The notes beneath the pieces were generated by a model. It had not been told where the DNA came from and did not search any database. It worked only from the letters and a program-made list of their open reading frames with translations. Of a stretch of DNA of 64,000 bases, positions 1 through 13,720 are shown piece by piece (positions within the stretch are counted from its first letter, which is position 1; each line of letters begins with the position of its first letter). The DNA lies in assembly GCF_006345805.1 (NCBI RefSeq), contig NC_043015.1:43090001-43154000 (forward strand). Direction: 5' to 3'. Position numbers and translations under genes: made by a program. The DNA is from Octopus sinensis. Lineage: Eukaryota.

Positions 1-406
1 TCGAACCAATTTTACTATATGGCTCAGAAACCTGGACGTTATCAAAGAAGCTTGAGAGGCGGTTAGATGGAACCTACACTCGCCTCCTTATGAGAGCTCA
101 AAATCTCTCGTGGAAGCGTCATCCAACCAAAATGCAAATATATGGGAAACTACCACCTGTGTCATCTCTTGTGAAAGGTAGGAGAGTCCAGTTTGCTGGA
201 CAATGTTGTAGAGCTGAAAATGAGGCAATTTCTACTCTTCTCCTGTGGAACCCATCTACTCGCAATACCAGAGGGCGCACACACTCCTATCTCCAAGGAT
301 ACAGGCATCCAGCAACAGGACCTCCATAATGCTATGATGGACCGTGAAGTCTGGCGTAACATAGTAAATTCCACTGTCTCGACCACGGTCGAACAATGAT
401 GATGAT
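1..406 (+). mobile_element. 3' end of RTE-clade LINE (family with (TGA)n tail), running off the window start
   Basis: Frame from base 3 reads EPILLYGSETWTLSKKLERRLDGTYTRLLMRAQNLSW...RRVQFAG (LLYGSETW is typical of RTE C-terminal regions); ends GAACAA(TGA)n; four more copies in the window. Confidence 0.85.
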
Positions 407-1274
407 CAGGGTGGGAAAAAAACAAGTACCAGATAAACACTGGGGGGTCAATGAAAGCAAATTGAGCCCCGCCACCTTCGTCCGAATGTCCAGGCCTTGT
501 GCCAAAATTTGAAACCATTATGAAGCTTCTGTTTGGAACATAGCTGAAATCATCATTATTTAACATCTGTTTTCCATGCTGGCATGGGTTAGACAAAAGT
601 TGCCAACAAACAGCCATGGGAGTTGAACCCACATCCCCCAAAACACCGGCTGAGTGCTTTGCCGTCCCTTTCATGCTTTTAAGGTCAATGAAATAAGTAC
701 CCTTGGTCTATGCTATATATTTGTCCTGTCATGTTTATCACATGTGATAGCCCACCTTTTATATTCCTAGTTCAAATCTGGTTGAGGTCAATTTGAGCTT
801 TCGTCATTTTTGGATCAATGAAATAATTTATTTCAGTTGTTTACATTCTGAGTTCAAATCCAGGCTGAGGTGAGCTTAAGTTTTCATTGTTCTTAGGTCA
901 ATAAAATAACTTATTTCTGCTGTTTACATTCTGAGTTCAAATCCGGCTGAGGTCAGCTTGACCTACTTCCTAGTTAATTTATCGCTTTTGATTCTAACCT
1001 GCTCAAAACTGTCTCTGGTTCTGATACAAACTTCCTGTTTTAAAATTATCTTAATTAAAACCTTCAATCAAAATCTCATGTTAATATGTTCCAAACACCA
1101 GGTTAATCATGCAATATTTATTTGTTTTACTACATTATTCATTCTTGTCAAAATTAATTGAAACAAAGCCAGTGTCTTTGAACAGAAATCTGGTAATGAA
1201 AGACTTCATCAACTGCCTCTGGTATCTCCCAGCCTCCTTGAAGCAAGAGGATGGCCGAAGAAAGAGATTAGCTC

Positions 1275-1672
1275 TCTTTACTCTTTACTTGTTTCAGTCA
1301 TTTGACTGTGGCTATGCTGGAGCACCGCTGTTTTAGTCGAACAAATCGACCCCAGTACTTATTCTTTGTAAGCCTAGTACTTATTTTGTCGGTCTCTTTT
1401 GCCGAACTGCTAAGTTACAGGGACGTAAACACACCAGCGTCGGTTGTCAAGCGATATTGGAGGGACAAACACAGGGACAAAAACACACATATACATAAAT
1501 ACATATATATATATGATGGGCTTCTTTCAGTTTCCGTCTACCAAATCCAATCACAAGGCTTCAGTCAGCCCGAGGCTATAGTAGAAGACACTTGCCCATG
1601 GTGCCACGCAGTGGAACTGAACCCGGAACCGTGTGGTTGGTAAGCAAGCTACTTACCACACAGCCACGCCGG
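1275..1672 (-). mobile_element. tRNA-derived SINE, family A
   Basis: Reverse complement of the head GTGGCTGTGTGGTAAGTAGC...GGTTCCGGGTTCAGT, internal CA/TA tract and GTAAAAGA-type tail; more than 15 copies in the window. Confidence 0.85.
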
Positions 1673-2279
1673 CACATCTACTTATTATTATTATTATTCA
1701 TTTATTTTCATGTACATGCCTGGGAGTTGATGAGGGGCCGGCCAAGGATTCCAAGAAGGGCTCGATGGTTTAAAAAGTTTGGGGAGCCCCCTTGGTTTAG
1801 ACACTGGGATAGTATCAGACTGGTTAATCCAGAAACGGTAAAAACCTCAACACACAACCGGTACTAATACACTACAAGATAAATATAAGTGGAAGCAAGA
1901 AGCAAGCAAATCAGACAACTTCCAGCTTCATGGTGGTGGTTCTCACATTCACATTCTGATTATCAGGAACGCAGCACCACATGCCATTTATATAAATAAA
2001 TATATATATGTATATATATATACACACATTTATATGCCAATATTAGAATCCAGAGCTTACAGTACTTTCCACTGTGTGATATTGGTTACTATGTAAACAA
2101 ACTGGTTACGTGCCCACAGCCATGACTGTGACATGTCACATGACTTGGTTTTCCTAATGAAACTGATATCTACACACAGACTGTGGGGATTGTCATTCAT
2201 TGTAGTCTTGTTCTGAGATAGCAATAACTTTTAAGACTGGAGGAAAACCAACAGCATAAGACGAGTTCACGTGCACAAG

Positions 2280-2630
2280 CATACATATGTTTAATGCATA
2301 CACACACACATACATACATAGACATGCATAAACATATCTATAGACACACACACACACACACATATAGATTATACATACATCTATAGACACATGCATACAT
2401 ATATATATATCTATAGACATACATGCATATGTATATATATATATCTATAGACACACATGCATATATGTATATATATATATCTATAGACACACATGCATAT
2501 ATATATATATATCTATAGACACACATGCATATGTATATATATATCTATAGACACACATGCATATGTATATATATATATCTATAGACACACATGCATATAT
2601 ATATATATATATATATAATATATCTATATA

Positions 2631-2665
<35 letters not shown>

Positions 2666-3050
2666 CATCTACAGATACACATATACATATCTACAGACAC
2701 ATACATACATACATACATAAATACATGCATATATATACAAACATATACATACATGAATACACATATATATATATGTATACATATACATACATATATGTAC
2801 ATACATACATACATGCATATATATACAAACATATACATACATGAATACACATATATATATATGTATACATATACATACATATATGTACATACATACACAC
2901 ACATACATACACACACACACACATATATATATATGCATACATACATACATACATGTATGCACATACATACACGTACATATACATACATGCATATAAACAT
3001 CCATACACACACACATACAAACACACGTACATCCACACAGACGCACATCC
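2280..3050. repeat. compound (CA/TA/CATA)n microsatellite
   Basis: Directly visible low-complexity tract; explains the I/Y/H/T and V/C/M ORFs. Confidence 0.95.
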
Positions 3051-3314
3051 ACCGAACCGTATTAGCTCTGTCACAAAGCCAAAGTCCGGATTTCGAAGGA
3101 ATCGCATGTGCAATAATATTCTCGGGAAATAAAACTGTACCGATTCCTTCCTGGCAATGTTTTTAACAACAGCAGCTTAAGCCAAGACAGCTTACATAAC
3201 AACATCGTATCTCTGTCAGAATGCAAAAGAAGAAGACAATTTAAACGAGACGTGCCAGTCAAACCAAGTGACCGATACTAAACATTTCTGATTATAACAA
3301 TAGACTACAAACAC

Positions 3315-3349
<35 letters not shown>

Positions 3350-3580
3350 ATATATTCCAGCTATCTCTGCAAGAGACGATGTCTAGGTCAATTTTGTCAA
3401 AGCCGTCTTAAAAGGCAAGAAGTGTATGAGTAATGATAGATATTCTACAGGTGAATTATTGGTTGCAGACACCGAGTATAAAACTGCAGACGGACACTGG
3501 AATTGGCAGCGTATACTTAACGCCACTCGTCGAAACGCTGCACAGCCGCACACTTGCACATCACACAACAGATTACTTAC

Positions 3581-3700
3581 GGATCACTGGAGGCATCAAA
3601 CACACACTTTGTTCACCGTCTCATCAACTGCTGTTACTTAAAAGAAACAGATATATCACCTGGAGCCGTGCTTTATTAGATTTTGACCTCGGCTTGCTGT
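3581..3700 (-). other. possible non-coding exon ending in a GTAAGT donor
   Basis: ACTTAC at 3575-3580 is a minus-strand GTAAGT donor inside unique, relatively CpG-rich sequence (3050-3700); no coding support. Confidence 0.2.
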
Positions 3701-3710
3701 TGTGCGGTTG

Positions 3711-3975
3711 TAGTAGTAGTAGTGGTGGTGGTAGTGGTTGTGGTGGGGGTGGTAGTGGTGGTGGTGATGGTGGTAGTGGTGGTGGTGGTAGTGGTGTGGT
3801 GGTGGTAGTGGTGGTGGTGGTAGTGGTTGTGGTGGTGGTGATGGTGTTAGTGGTTGTGGTGGTGGTGGTGGTGGTTGTGGTGATGGTGTTAGTGGTTGTG
3901 GTGGTAGTGGTGGTGGTTGTGGTGGTGGTTGTGGTGATAGTGGTTGTGATGGTTGTGGTGGTGGTTGTGGTGGTA
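3711..3975. repeat. (GGT/AGT)n trinucleotide microsatellite
   Basis: Visible tract; gives the poly-V, poly-T and poly-G ORFs. Confidence 0.95.
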
Positions 3976-4522
3976 TAGCTGTTTGGTTCCAGATCGGCCC
4001 TATCCAAGCAAACCAGCCCCATAATCATGGAAAGGATTTCATGCATGATCCCTGTATCGTATTTGCATGGCTTTGTGATACAAGCATGGCTCCTTAAGGT
4101 CCAGACATGACTAGACACAAGCATGTCTGCATAGTACAGTCGTCGTTCGTTCCTTCTCGAGCCATGTCAAGCTCATAAGGGCTAGTTTCCTGGTTTCCTT
4201 ACATGCTAGAAAGGGCAGTCAAACCCAAACCATGAAAAAAAGTAATTCCAAAGAGAATGAAAACAAAAATTATTTGTAGTCAACCCCCAACTTGAGTTTC
4301 GTTATTAATGAACAAATTATTTTGTTGTCTGTACTTCGTCAATGGGATTGGTAATATGTTGTCTATTGACTTTTATTACGCATGCAAACCACCAGTAAGA
4401 AAATTTATCCTAAATTTTTTTACCCCTATAATTTTCACAGTACATATACATGTATGTATCAAGGAAGTGGGGCTCAGTTAAGTGGGGTGCCACCAAAATC
4501 AGGCTCAATAGTGAATTCTGCA

Positions 4523-4610
4523 CTCTACTGATGAGGTGTAATACATGACTGCATAATGTTTCTGCTAAGGTTATGTAACTATTTCAGTGGTTTGCCGAAA
4601 CCTGCATATG
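4523..4610 (+). ncRNA. degenerate hammerhead-like motif
   Basis: CTGATGA (4528-4534), GGTG...TGCC stem II, GAAA (4597-4600); stems I and III not recoverable; followed by a TA-rich tract. Confidence 0.3.
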
Positions 4611-5034
4611 TTCCATAAAGCTTATTACTAATTCTATATGTATACATATATGCACACTCTCTCACACTCACGTGGTCAGGTTTCCACACCATTTTCATTC
4701 AACTGAATTCCAATCAAAAAAGCAATGGGTGGGTGGTGTGTGGGGTGGGGTGGGGGCGTGACAGGGGAGTCAACCTGAAGTTAAATAAAAAAAAAAAACA
4801 CATGTACCCAAGCTGTTGCAGAGTGAGACAGAACCATGGTGCCCAAACCTGCAAATCATTTGATAAAGTGGTCCAAGCCATCACGTGGGTCAGAAGATGA
4901 GGTTGAAAAGCACCATTAGATTTTGAGACAACTGTAGGCAGGAATGAAAGGCAGAAGAGTCTGTCTCATCAAGAGTAGACGCCGAGAATAGATGCTGTAG
5001 AAACTATCTAGTGTGGTGCTTTTAAACAACCCAT

Positions 5035-5450
5035 AGGCGTAGGAGTGGCTGTGTGGTAAGTAGCTTGCTAACCAACCACATGGTTCCGGGTTCAGTCCCA
5101 CTGTGTGGCATCTTGGGCAAGTGTCTTCTGCTATAGCCCCGGGCCAACCAATGCCTTGTGAGTGGATTTGGTAGACGGAAACTGAAAGAAGCCTGTCGTA
5201 TATATGTATATATATATGTATGTGTATGTGTGTGTGTTTGTGTATCTGTGTTTGTCCCCCTAGCATTGCTTGACAACCGATGCTGGTGTGTTTACATCCC
5301 CGTCACTTAGCGGTTCGGCAAAAGAGACCGATAGAATAAGTACTGGGCTTACAAAAGAATACGTCCCGGGGTCGATTTGCTTCGACTAAAGGCGGTGCTC
5401 CAGCATGGCCGCAGTCAAATGACTGAAACAAGTAAAAGAATAAAAGAGTA
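5035..5450 (+). mobile_element. tRNA-derived SINE, family A, full length
   Basis: GGCGTAGGAGTGGCTGTGTGGTAAG head, B-box-like GGTTCAGTCC, body, GTAAAAGAATAAAAGAG tail. Confidence 0.9.
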
Positions 5451-6214
5451 ACCCACCTCCATCACCGACCTATCCAACTCCACCCCACCCCTTTCCTTTC
5501 CATTCTGACGCAATGTCTGTTTTATCTGATCCAAATCGACCTACAACATCAAATGTTTGCAGCGAAATAAATAACAGAACAGATAAAGGCCATATAAATA
5601 GTCTGAATGATGTTGTTTGGTTGGTGCGTATAAAAATACACAATGCCATTAGTCTTGGATAGTAATTACCAATACGTAATTGTTATTACTAGAAAATAAA
5701 TATCGCCATTATATTATCACCATGATCGTTATCATCATTGTTGTCGACGTTATCAGTAACGAGTTGATGTAGTTGCATAAACTAGTTGCATAAACTGGTG
5801 GCTACTAAGCCTTCCTCAAATTATACTTTACGATTTTTGACCTTTTGCCAGTGCAAAGCTTTTTATCATAATTTTGTCCTCAATGCCCATTCTTCTAGTC
5901 TGGCCCTTGTTTTCTATGTTCTTAGTCCTATAAAGCTTTCCTTTCATAAGTCCCAAGTTACTCCTGAGATCCCTTTCGGTCACGACACAGACCATGGGAT
6001 TGCACCTAGAAAGTTACCCTCCCAGGCACAAGTCCGGGCAAGGTTGTTTATGGAAGACCAGCAGTCACCCATGCCTCCATGAGACCCAACACTCAAAAGG
6101 AGCTCAACCACTCTGTGTCCTTCTATTCAAACTTTCAAAGACAGAAACTACGCAAGCCTATTATAAGCATGTACATGCATTTATCATCATCATTGTGGTT
6201 TCAACAACAATGGT

Positions 6215-6610
6215 ACAGGAGTGGCTGTGTGGTAAGTAGTTTGCTTAACAACCACATGGTTCCGGGTTCAATTCCACTGCATGGCACCTTGGGCAAGTGT
6301 CTTCTACTATAGCCTCGGACCGACCAAAGCCTTGTGAGTGGATTTGGTAGACAGAAACTGAAAGAAGCCTGTTGTATATATGTATGTATATATATGTGTG
6401 TGTGTGCTTGTGTGTCTGTGTTTGTCCCCCCAACATCGCTTGACAACCGATGCTGGTGTGTTTACGTCCCCGTCACTTAGCGGTTCGGCAAAAATGACCG
6501 ATAGAATAAGTACTAAGCTTACAAAGAATAAGTCCTGGGGTCGATTTCCTCGACTAAAGGCGGTGCTCCAGTATGGCCACAGTCAAATGACCGAAACAAG
6601 TAAAAGAGTA
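6215..6610 (+). mobile_element. tRNA-derived SINE, family A
   Basis: Near-identical to 5035-5450. Confidence 0.9.
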
Positions 6611-7234
6611 ACCAATTTTCTATGGTTCAGATGGAATTTGTCAAGGCAGATTCTCTGTGGCCAGATGTTCTTTCTACTGCCGACCCCTCACCTATTTCCA
6701 AGCACGGTAAATAGTTCCCTATGACAGGACACATCTCTACAGAGGACCGCAAATGAACGACACTGTTGGCATGATGGTAACACATGTTTACTACTATCAT
6801 GCAATACTAATGCAAGAAAACAGTAACCCACACGCATACACTAATATATATACATTGAGCTTCTTTCAGTTTCCATCTACCAAATCCACTCACAAGGCTT
6901 TGGTCAGCCTGACGCTACAGTAGAAGATACTTGCCCAAGGGGCCATACAGGTGGACAAAACCTTGAACTACACGGTTACAAAGCCTAATTCTTCACCACA
7001 CTGCAATAATGAATAAGCAAAATTTGCACATCTAGTGCATGCAACTAAGATGCATATGTGCACATGTACGTATGCATTTCAGAGAGAGTTTAATGAAAAA
7101 AAAAACAATTCTAAAAGACAGAGAGAAAATCTATGAATGATTCTATGTAGGTGTTATTGTTATTCATTTATAGAAAATCTGTGACCTGAGGGAAGAGATA
7201 AGTCTTTGAAAGCAGAAATAAAACAGAAAAACCT

Positions 7235-7286
7235 TCACACATGCTATATATATATACCATACATACATACACACAAATATATAAAT

Positions 7287-7321
<35 letters not shown>

Positions 7322-7701
7322 CAAACACATTACATATAAATATACATACATACATACATATATATACGTACACATATACATATACATACATATATATATA
7401 TATACACATACATACATACATATATATATATACACATACATACATACATATATATATATACACATACATACATACATATATATATATACACATACATACA
7501 TACATATATATATATACACATACATACATATATATATATATATATACATACATACATATATACATACATATATATATATATATACATACATATATATACA
7601 TATATACATACATATATATATACATACATATATATACATATATACATACATATATATATACATACATATATATACATATATACACACACACACATATATA
7701 T

Positions 7702-7740
<39 letters not shown>

Positions 7741-7771
7741 CATATACACACACACACATATATATACATAT

Positions 7772-7828
<57 letters not shown>

Positions 7829-7855
7829 GACACACACCCACACACATATATATAG
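7235..7855. repeat. compound (TA/CA/CATA)n microsatellite
   Basis: Visible tract. Confidence 0.95.
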
Positions 7856-8099
7856 TTGTTGTGGTGTGTATTGTGCATAATTTTTATCGCTGGCTGATGT
7901 ATTTGACTAAATATTATAAACTGCAGATATAATGGTACAAACTTTCAATGGAAGCAATTCCTTGGTTCTGGTTTGGTTCTGCTAGGAAGGTGGCGATGAG
8001 AGACTGATGGAGATATGACGAAGAAGAAGGACTGATAATAGAGAAATGGGTAAAAATATATTGCAGAGTGTCTTTAGAAATATAATGGTGTAATAAAGA

Positions 8100-8800
8100 G
8101 ATGGTGTTATGTGGTGGGGAGGTTGGGAGTGGATGAGAAAAAAGGGGACGGAGGGGGTAAAAGGAGAAAAAAGTAAGATATAGAAGGAATAAGAGGGAAA
8201 GAAGAGGATGAGGAAAGAAAGGAAGGAAGAAAAGGAAAATGAAGGGAAAAAAGACAGAGAGAAGGAAAGAAAGAAAAAGTGAGAAAGAAAGAGGACGTGA
8301 AAGGAAATGAGGAGAAAGGATGAGAAGAAAAGAAAACAAGAATAGCACAAAAGAGAGAGAGAGAGGGGAGAAGAAGAAGAAGGAGGAGAAGGAGAAGAAG
8401 GAGGAGGAGGAGAAGCAGAAGAAGGAGGAGGAGGAGGAAAAGAAGAAAAAGCAGAAGAAGAAGGAGGAAGAGGAGAGGAAGAAGAAGAAGAAGAAAAAGA
8501 AAAAGAAAAAGAAAAGAAAAGAAGAAGAAGGAGAAGACGAAGAAGAAGAAGAAAAGTGGCAATAATGAAGGAGGGCAAAACTGGATAAAAGCAAGAAATT
8601 GAAGAAAGAAAAAAGGTGAATGAATGAATGAATGAATGAATGAATGAATGAATGAATGAATGAATGAATGAAAGGAGGATGGAGATGAGGAGGGGAAAAA
8701 ATGAAGAAAGAACAAAGAGGATAGTTGAAATAAAAAGATTTGTGGAAAATTGTGGAAAGTGAATTAGGGAAGAAACATAATAAAGGACTAAGGAAAAAAA
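8100..8800. repeat. polypurine low-complexity tract with (GAA/GAG)n and (TGAA)n
   Basis: About 700 bp almost purely A/G on the + strand; (TGAA)n at ~8616-8672. Confidence 0.9.
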
Positions 8801-8816
8801 GAAGTCATATCACATA

Positions 8817-8909
<93 letters not shown>

Positions 8910-8949
8910 GCCTGTGTGATATGACTTCTTTTTTTTCTTAGGAAAATTA

Positions 8950-9520
8950 TCATCATCATCATCATCATCATGATCGTTAAATGTCTGCTTTCCATGCTGG
9001 CATGGGTTGGACGATTTGACTGAGGTCTGGCGAACCAGATGGCTGCACCAGGCTCCAATCTGATCTGGCTGAGTTTCTACAGCTGGATGCCCTTCCTAAC
9101 GCCAACCACTCCGAGAGTGTAGTGGGTGCTTTTACATGCCACCGGCACGAGGGCCAGTCAGGTGGTATTGGCAATGGCCATGCTCAAATGGTGCTTTTTA
9201 TGTGCCACCAGCACAGGAGCCAGTCCAGTGGCACTGGCAACGACCTTGCTCGAATGATTTTTCACGTGCCACCAGCACAAGTGCCAGTAAGGTGACGCAG
9301 GTAACGATCACGCTTGAATGGTGTTTTTTACGTGCCACCGGCACAGAGGCCAGCTTGTTGCCCTGGCAACGATCACGCTCGTATGGTACTCTTAGCGCTC
9401 CACTAGCACAGATGCCAGTCATCGAATTTAATTTTGATATCGATTTCACTTGCCTCAACAGGTCTTTGCAAGCAGAGTTTAGTCTCCAATGAAGGAAAGG
9501 TACGCAGAGGTGGGCATACT
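8950..9520 (-). mobile_element. RTE-type 3' tail element with five ~65-bp internal repeat units
   Basis: (GAT)n tail, conserved GGAAGGGCATCCAGCTGTAGAAAC block, units starting ~9125, 9190, 9255, 9320, 9385 share the core of the array next to the RTE ORF at 29011-29410. Confidence 0.8.
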
Positions 9521-10093
9521 TAGGAATGTGAAATTTCTTGTAGGATGAGCAATCCCAATTTTTTGGCATACTTTAGTACAAAGGAAATGTGTCCTAAAAC
9601 AGTTCGTATCAGTTTCTCTTCTTTCCCAAACTTGTATACTGTTAGCTTTGTGATAATCGAATCTTAAAATTATTCATGTTTCTGTTCAGAGGAATGTTGA
9701 TAACATTAAAAATATTAGAAAGCTCGTGAAAACAAGTCGGACGGCATCGAGTGTTGTGTTGAAGTAGCCGGCAACATATTCCTTTTGTCCGTATCTTGTT
9801 AGTTCCCAATGTTCACAAACGACAACTGTAATATCGACATAAATAATTCAATCCAGAACATGAAGCTGCCATTGCATCTCCTTGCTGTGCACTAAATTGT
9901 GATAGCAAAGGAAAGTGCTCTCACGATTTGTAATCATCTTTGGTGTGTAAAATAAGTTCCTGAAGCTATTTTGCTTTGGTTTTTGGCTTCCCGTGCCAGT
10001 GGCACATAAAGAGCACCATCCAAACGTAGTTGATGCCAGCAACCCTGGCGAAAAATCTCTAAGTAACAGCTTTTGTGATATTTTTGCTGCTTT

Positions 10094-10325
10094 TTAACCC
10101 TTTCGTTACCGTATTTATATTGAGATGTTCTGTGTTTCTTTCAATTACTTTAAATATAACAAAGAAATTAGAAAAAATAACTTAGTAGTTATCATTCAGC
10201 TAGTGTTAGGAACATAAATTGTGATTAAGGTTTGGTGGAAGGTTTTAATTTAAAACTTATGAAAACAAGACATTTGTATTCAGAACCAGAGCTGGTTTAA
10301 GCCGGGTTGGTAATGAAAGGGTTAA
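10094..10325. mobile_element. TTAA-flanked MITE (piggyBac-like termini)
   Basis: TTAA-CCCTTTCGTTACC...GGTAATGAAAGGG-TTAA; interrupts a decayed copy of the 54770-54906 element. Confidence 0.8.
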
Positions 10326-10862
10326 TAAAGCATATTACTCTACCCCTGGTATTCGAGTACTATTTTTTCCACCTTGTTTCACATTTAAGTGCTTACTCTG
10401 GTATATATATATATTGGCCTGCTTGCTTAGTCAGCAGGGTGGCGTCATTTGAAGGCTAAAACAATGTGAGGCGCATTGTGACTAGCCATTTGTAACAACA
10501 TCTGATAGCCTGGTCGGTCACGGTGATATATATATACACACACACACACACACATATGTATATGTGTGTGATCTTATCTTACTTTTTTCAGTCATTAGAC
10601 TAAGGCCATGCTGGGACACTGCCTTGAATGACCTCAGTCAAACGGATCAATCTCAGTACTATTTACTTTTTGAAAATCTTGCCCTTAATCTATTGGTCCC
10701 TTTTGCCAAACTTTCATGTTACAGAGTACCTAGAACAAACTGTCTAAAGTGGTCGGCATTAGGAATGGTATCCAGCTGTAGAAACCATGCCAAAACAGAC
10801 CTGGAGTCTAGGTTGCTCTTTGGCTGGTCAACTCCTCTCAAACTGTCCAACCCACACTAGTG

Positions 10863-11305
10863 TCATCATCATCATCATTTAACGTCCACTTTCCATGCTA
10901 GCATGGGTTGGTCGGTTCAACTGGGGTCTGGGAAGCCAGACGGCTGCATCAGGCCCAGTCTGATCTGGCAGTGTTTCTACAGCTGGATGCCCTTCCTAAC
11001 GCCAACCACTCCATGAGTGTAGTGGCTGCTTTTTACTTGCCACCGGCACAGGTGCCAGACGAGGCTAACCTTCCGAACGTGGCCGTTGCCAGCGCTACCC
11101 CAACTGGCCTCTGTGCCGGTGGCACATAAAAAGCACCATCTGATCATCATCATCATCATCATCATTGTTTAACGTCCGTTCTCCATGCTAGCATGGGTTG
11201 GACAGTTCGACCGGGGATCTGGGAAGCCAGAAGGCTGCACCAGGCTCCAATCTTATCTGGCAATGTTTCTACAGCTGGATGCCCTTCCTAACGCCAACCA
11301 CTCTG
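10863..11305 (-). mobile_element. two adjacent RTE-type 3' tail fragments
   Basis: Two (GAT)n tails each followed by CCATGCTAGCATGG and GGATGCCCTTCC blocks; first copy has two repeat units. Confidence 0.8.
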
Positions 11306-13068
11306 TGATGTTAAAATAATAATTATGATGATGATGATGTGTGTGTCTGATGACTAAGTTTTGAATACTCATAGCTGAAGCTTTTGTACGATGACAACGA
11401 GCAGAGGAGAGAATTACCGCAGTGTCTTGTTTAGTACAAATCTCTAGGTGTATGCAAACTTTTGAAAACTTCTGGAATGAGAAAGTAATCTTGGTTGCTC
11501 TCTCTCCCTCCCCACCCCTGTCTCCCCGCTCTCCCACCTTGCTGCTGTTAATGTACCCCGCCCTCCCACATCCTTCAACATGCGAAACAAAAGCAGGCTA
11601 ACAATCAAATCTCATCATTAATGCTGTAAATTTATATTCCTGCTAAGCAACCAACCAAGATTACCTGTTCAAAAGATAGACAGGTAGATAGATAGACAGA
11701 GAGAGAGAGAGAGAGAGAGACTGACAAAATACCACCAATAGCACCACCACCTATACCACCTCGGCTGCCACCACCACCACCACCACCTCAGTTATCGCCA
11801 CCTTCACCACCAACAGGTAAACTACACAGGTGTATTTTTAACTGGAAATGTAGGCCCAAACATTAAGTAATGTCTTTTTTTTTTCTTTTCTGTTTGTAAT
11901 CTGATCCTCTACCAAACTGCAGTAAAGATAGATAGGTTTCTAGGTTAGTTCTATAATAATAATAATAATATTTATAATAATAATAATGATAATATTTATA
12001 ATAACAATAATAATATTTTTATTGGTCGCAAGGGGCTGATCATAAAATACCTAAAATATGTTATACAAAGGGATTACAAAAGGGTGTGATAAGTATGTAA
12101 TGTAAACATAGATTGAAATGATATATATCAGTTGTGTGTGTGCGTGCGTGTGTGCGTGCGTGTGCACCTATGTAATGGTGCTTGGCACAGTCTCTCCCCC
12201 TGCCCCACCCGGGGGGGGGGCACGCTGGCACCTGTCAATGAGGATAACCTGTTCTAGCATCGGAAACAGACATTAAATGATGATGTGTGTGGTACGAAGT
12301 TTGCTTTCCGAACCACATCGTTGTAGGTTCAGTCCCATTGTGTGACACCTTAGGCAGCCCTGGGCCAACCAAATCCTTGTGAATGGATTTGGTAGACGGA
12401 AACTGAAAGAAGCCTGTCAAGTATATATGTATATGAGTGTCTGTGTGTGTATTTTTTATTATCTAGTTTATTACATATATATATGTATATGGTTTCGGGT
12501 TCAGTCCCACTGCGTGGCACTTTGGGTAGGTGTCTCCTGCTGTAGCCCCGGGCCGACCGAAGCTTTATGATTGAATTCGGCAGGCGGAAGTTACTGCCGT
12601 GTGTGTATATGTGCGTGTAGGTGCTTGTGCCTCTCCGAAAGAGAGAGAGGGGATATATATATATACACACACAGAGATAGACGGACAGACAGAGATATAG
12701 TAGGAGCAAGCGTGGCTTTGTGGTTAGGAAGTTTGCTTCTTGGTCACATGGTTTTAGGTTCAGTCCACGGTAGGGTACCTTAGACATCTACTGTAGCCTG
12801 GGGCCCACCAATGACTTGTGAATGAATTTGAGACAGATGGAAACTGTAAGAAGCTTGTCATATACATTCTCTGCTTGGATAATAGCACTGAGCTAGAAAG
12901 CTGTGAACTTTGTTGACAAAATGCAAATTACTGTTCCCAGTCCTTTTTCACCCTGAATGCCATCCCTCTGTAAATTGACTTCTTTCTCATGTTTTTCCCT
13001 GAAGACATCAACATCATGAAATATCATCTGCATTGCTTTCCCCAGTTCCTGGAGGACCCACAAAGGAC

Positions 13069-13322
13069 ATCATCATCATCATCATTGTTCGACCGTGGTC
13101 GAGACAATAGAATTTACTATGCTACGACAGACTTCACGGTCTATCATAGCATTACGGAGGTCCTGTTGCTGGATGCCTGTATCCCTGGAGATTACATCAG
13201 GGTAGGAGAGTGTGCGCTCTCTGGTATCGCGAGTAGATGGCTTCCAGAGGAGAAGAGTAGAAATTGCCTCGTTTTCAGCTCTACAACAATGTCCAGCAAA
13301 CTGGACTCTCCTACCTTTCACA
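13069..13322 (-). mobile_element. 5'-truncated RTE (TGA)n-tail fragment with target-site duplication
   Basis: Same family as 1-406; CAAAGGACAT duplicated at 13061-13070 and 13321-13330. Confidence 0.85.
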
Positions 13323-13379
13323 AAGGACATGGACACACAGTCCCCTCTTCCAATCCAAGCCATTAATAAATTTATTTAT

Positions 13380-13720
13380 TTGTTTGTTTTCTCCTCAACT
13401 AGTCTTGAGAGAGTCATCAGACTAAAACCCTCAGGCACCTCCTCCATGGAATTTGGTCAGAAGCAACAGTCATTAAACCTTCCGCCCGGATTTCCAAGAG
13501 TGACCAACTTAGACAATGGATATTATCCATACAACTCATTCTTGCTCTACTCCACATCCCCTGTTAGTTGGCTGGACTTGGCTTGAAGAATTCTTCTTGG
13601 GAATATCTTTCCAGTGCCATCTTAATCACGTGTTTGTTGTGCCAGAGCTGTGACTCTTGAACATGGAAAAATAGTGGTTCAACCTGGAGAGATCCCTTGA
13701 TCATTGAGTTATACACTCTG
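13380..13720 (-). mobile_element. old decayed RTE-like LINE 3' fragment
   Basis: Minus frame gives stop-riddled RSLQVEPLFFHVQESQLW... resembling RTE C-terminal regions. Confidence 0.45.

Noticed and set aside
12995-13030. CTGAAGA...GAAA hammerhead-like spacing
   Set aside because: No stem II or stem I pairing.
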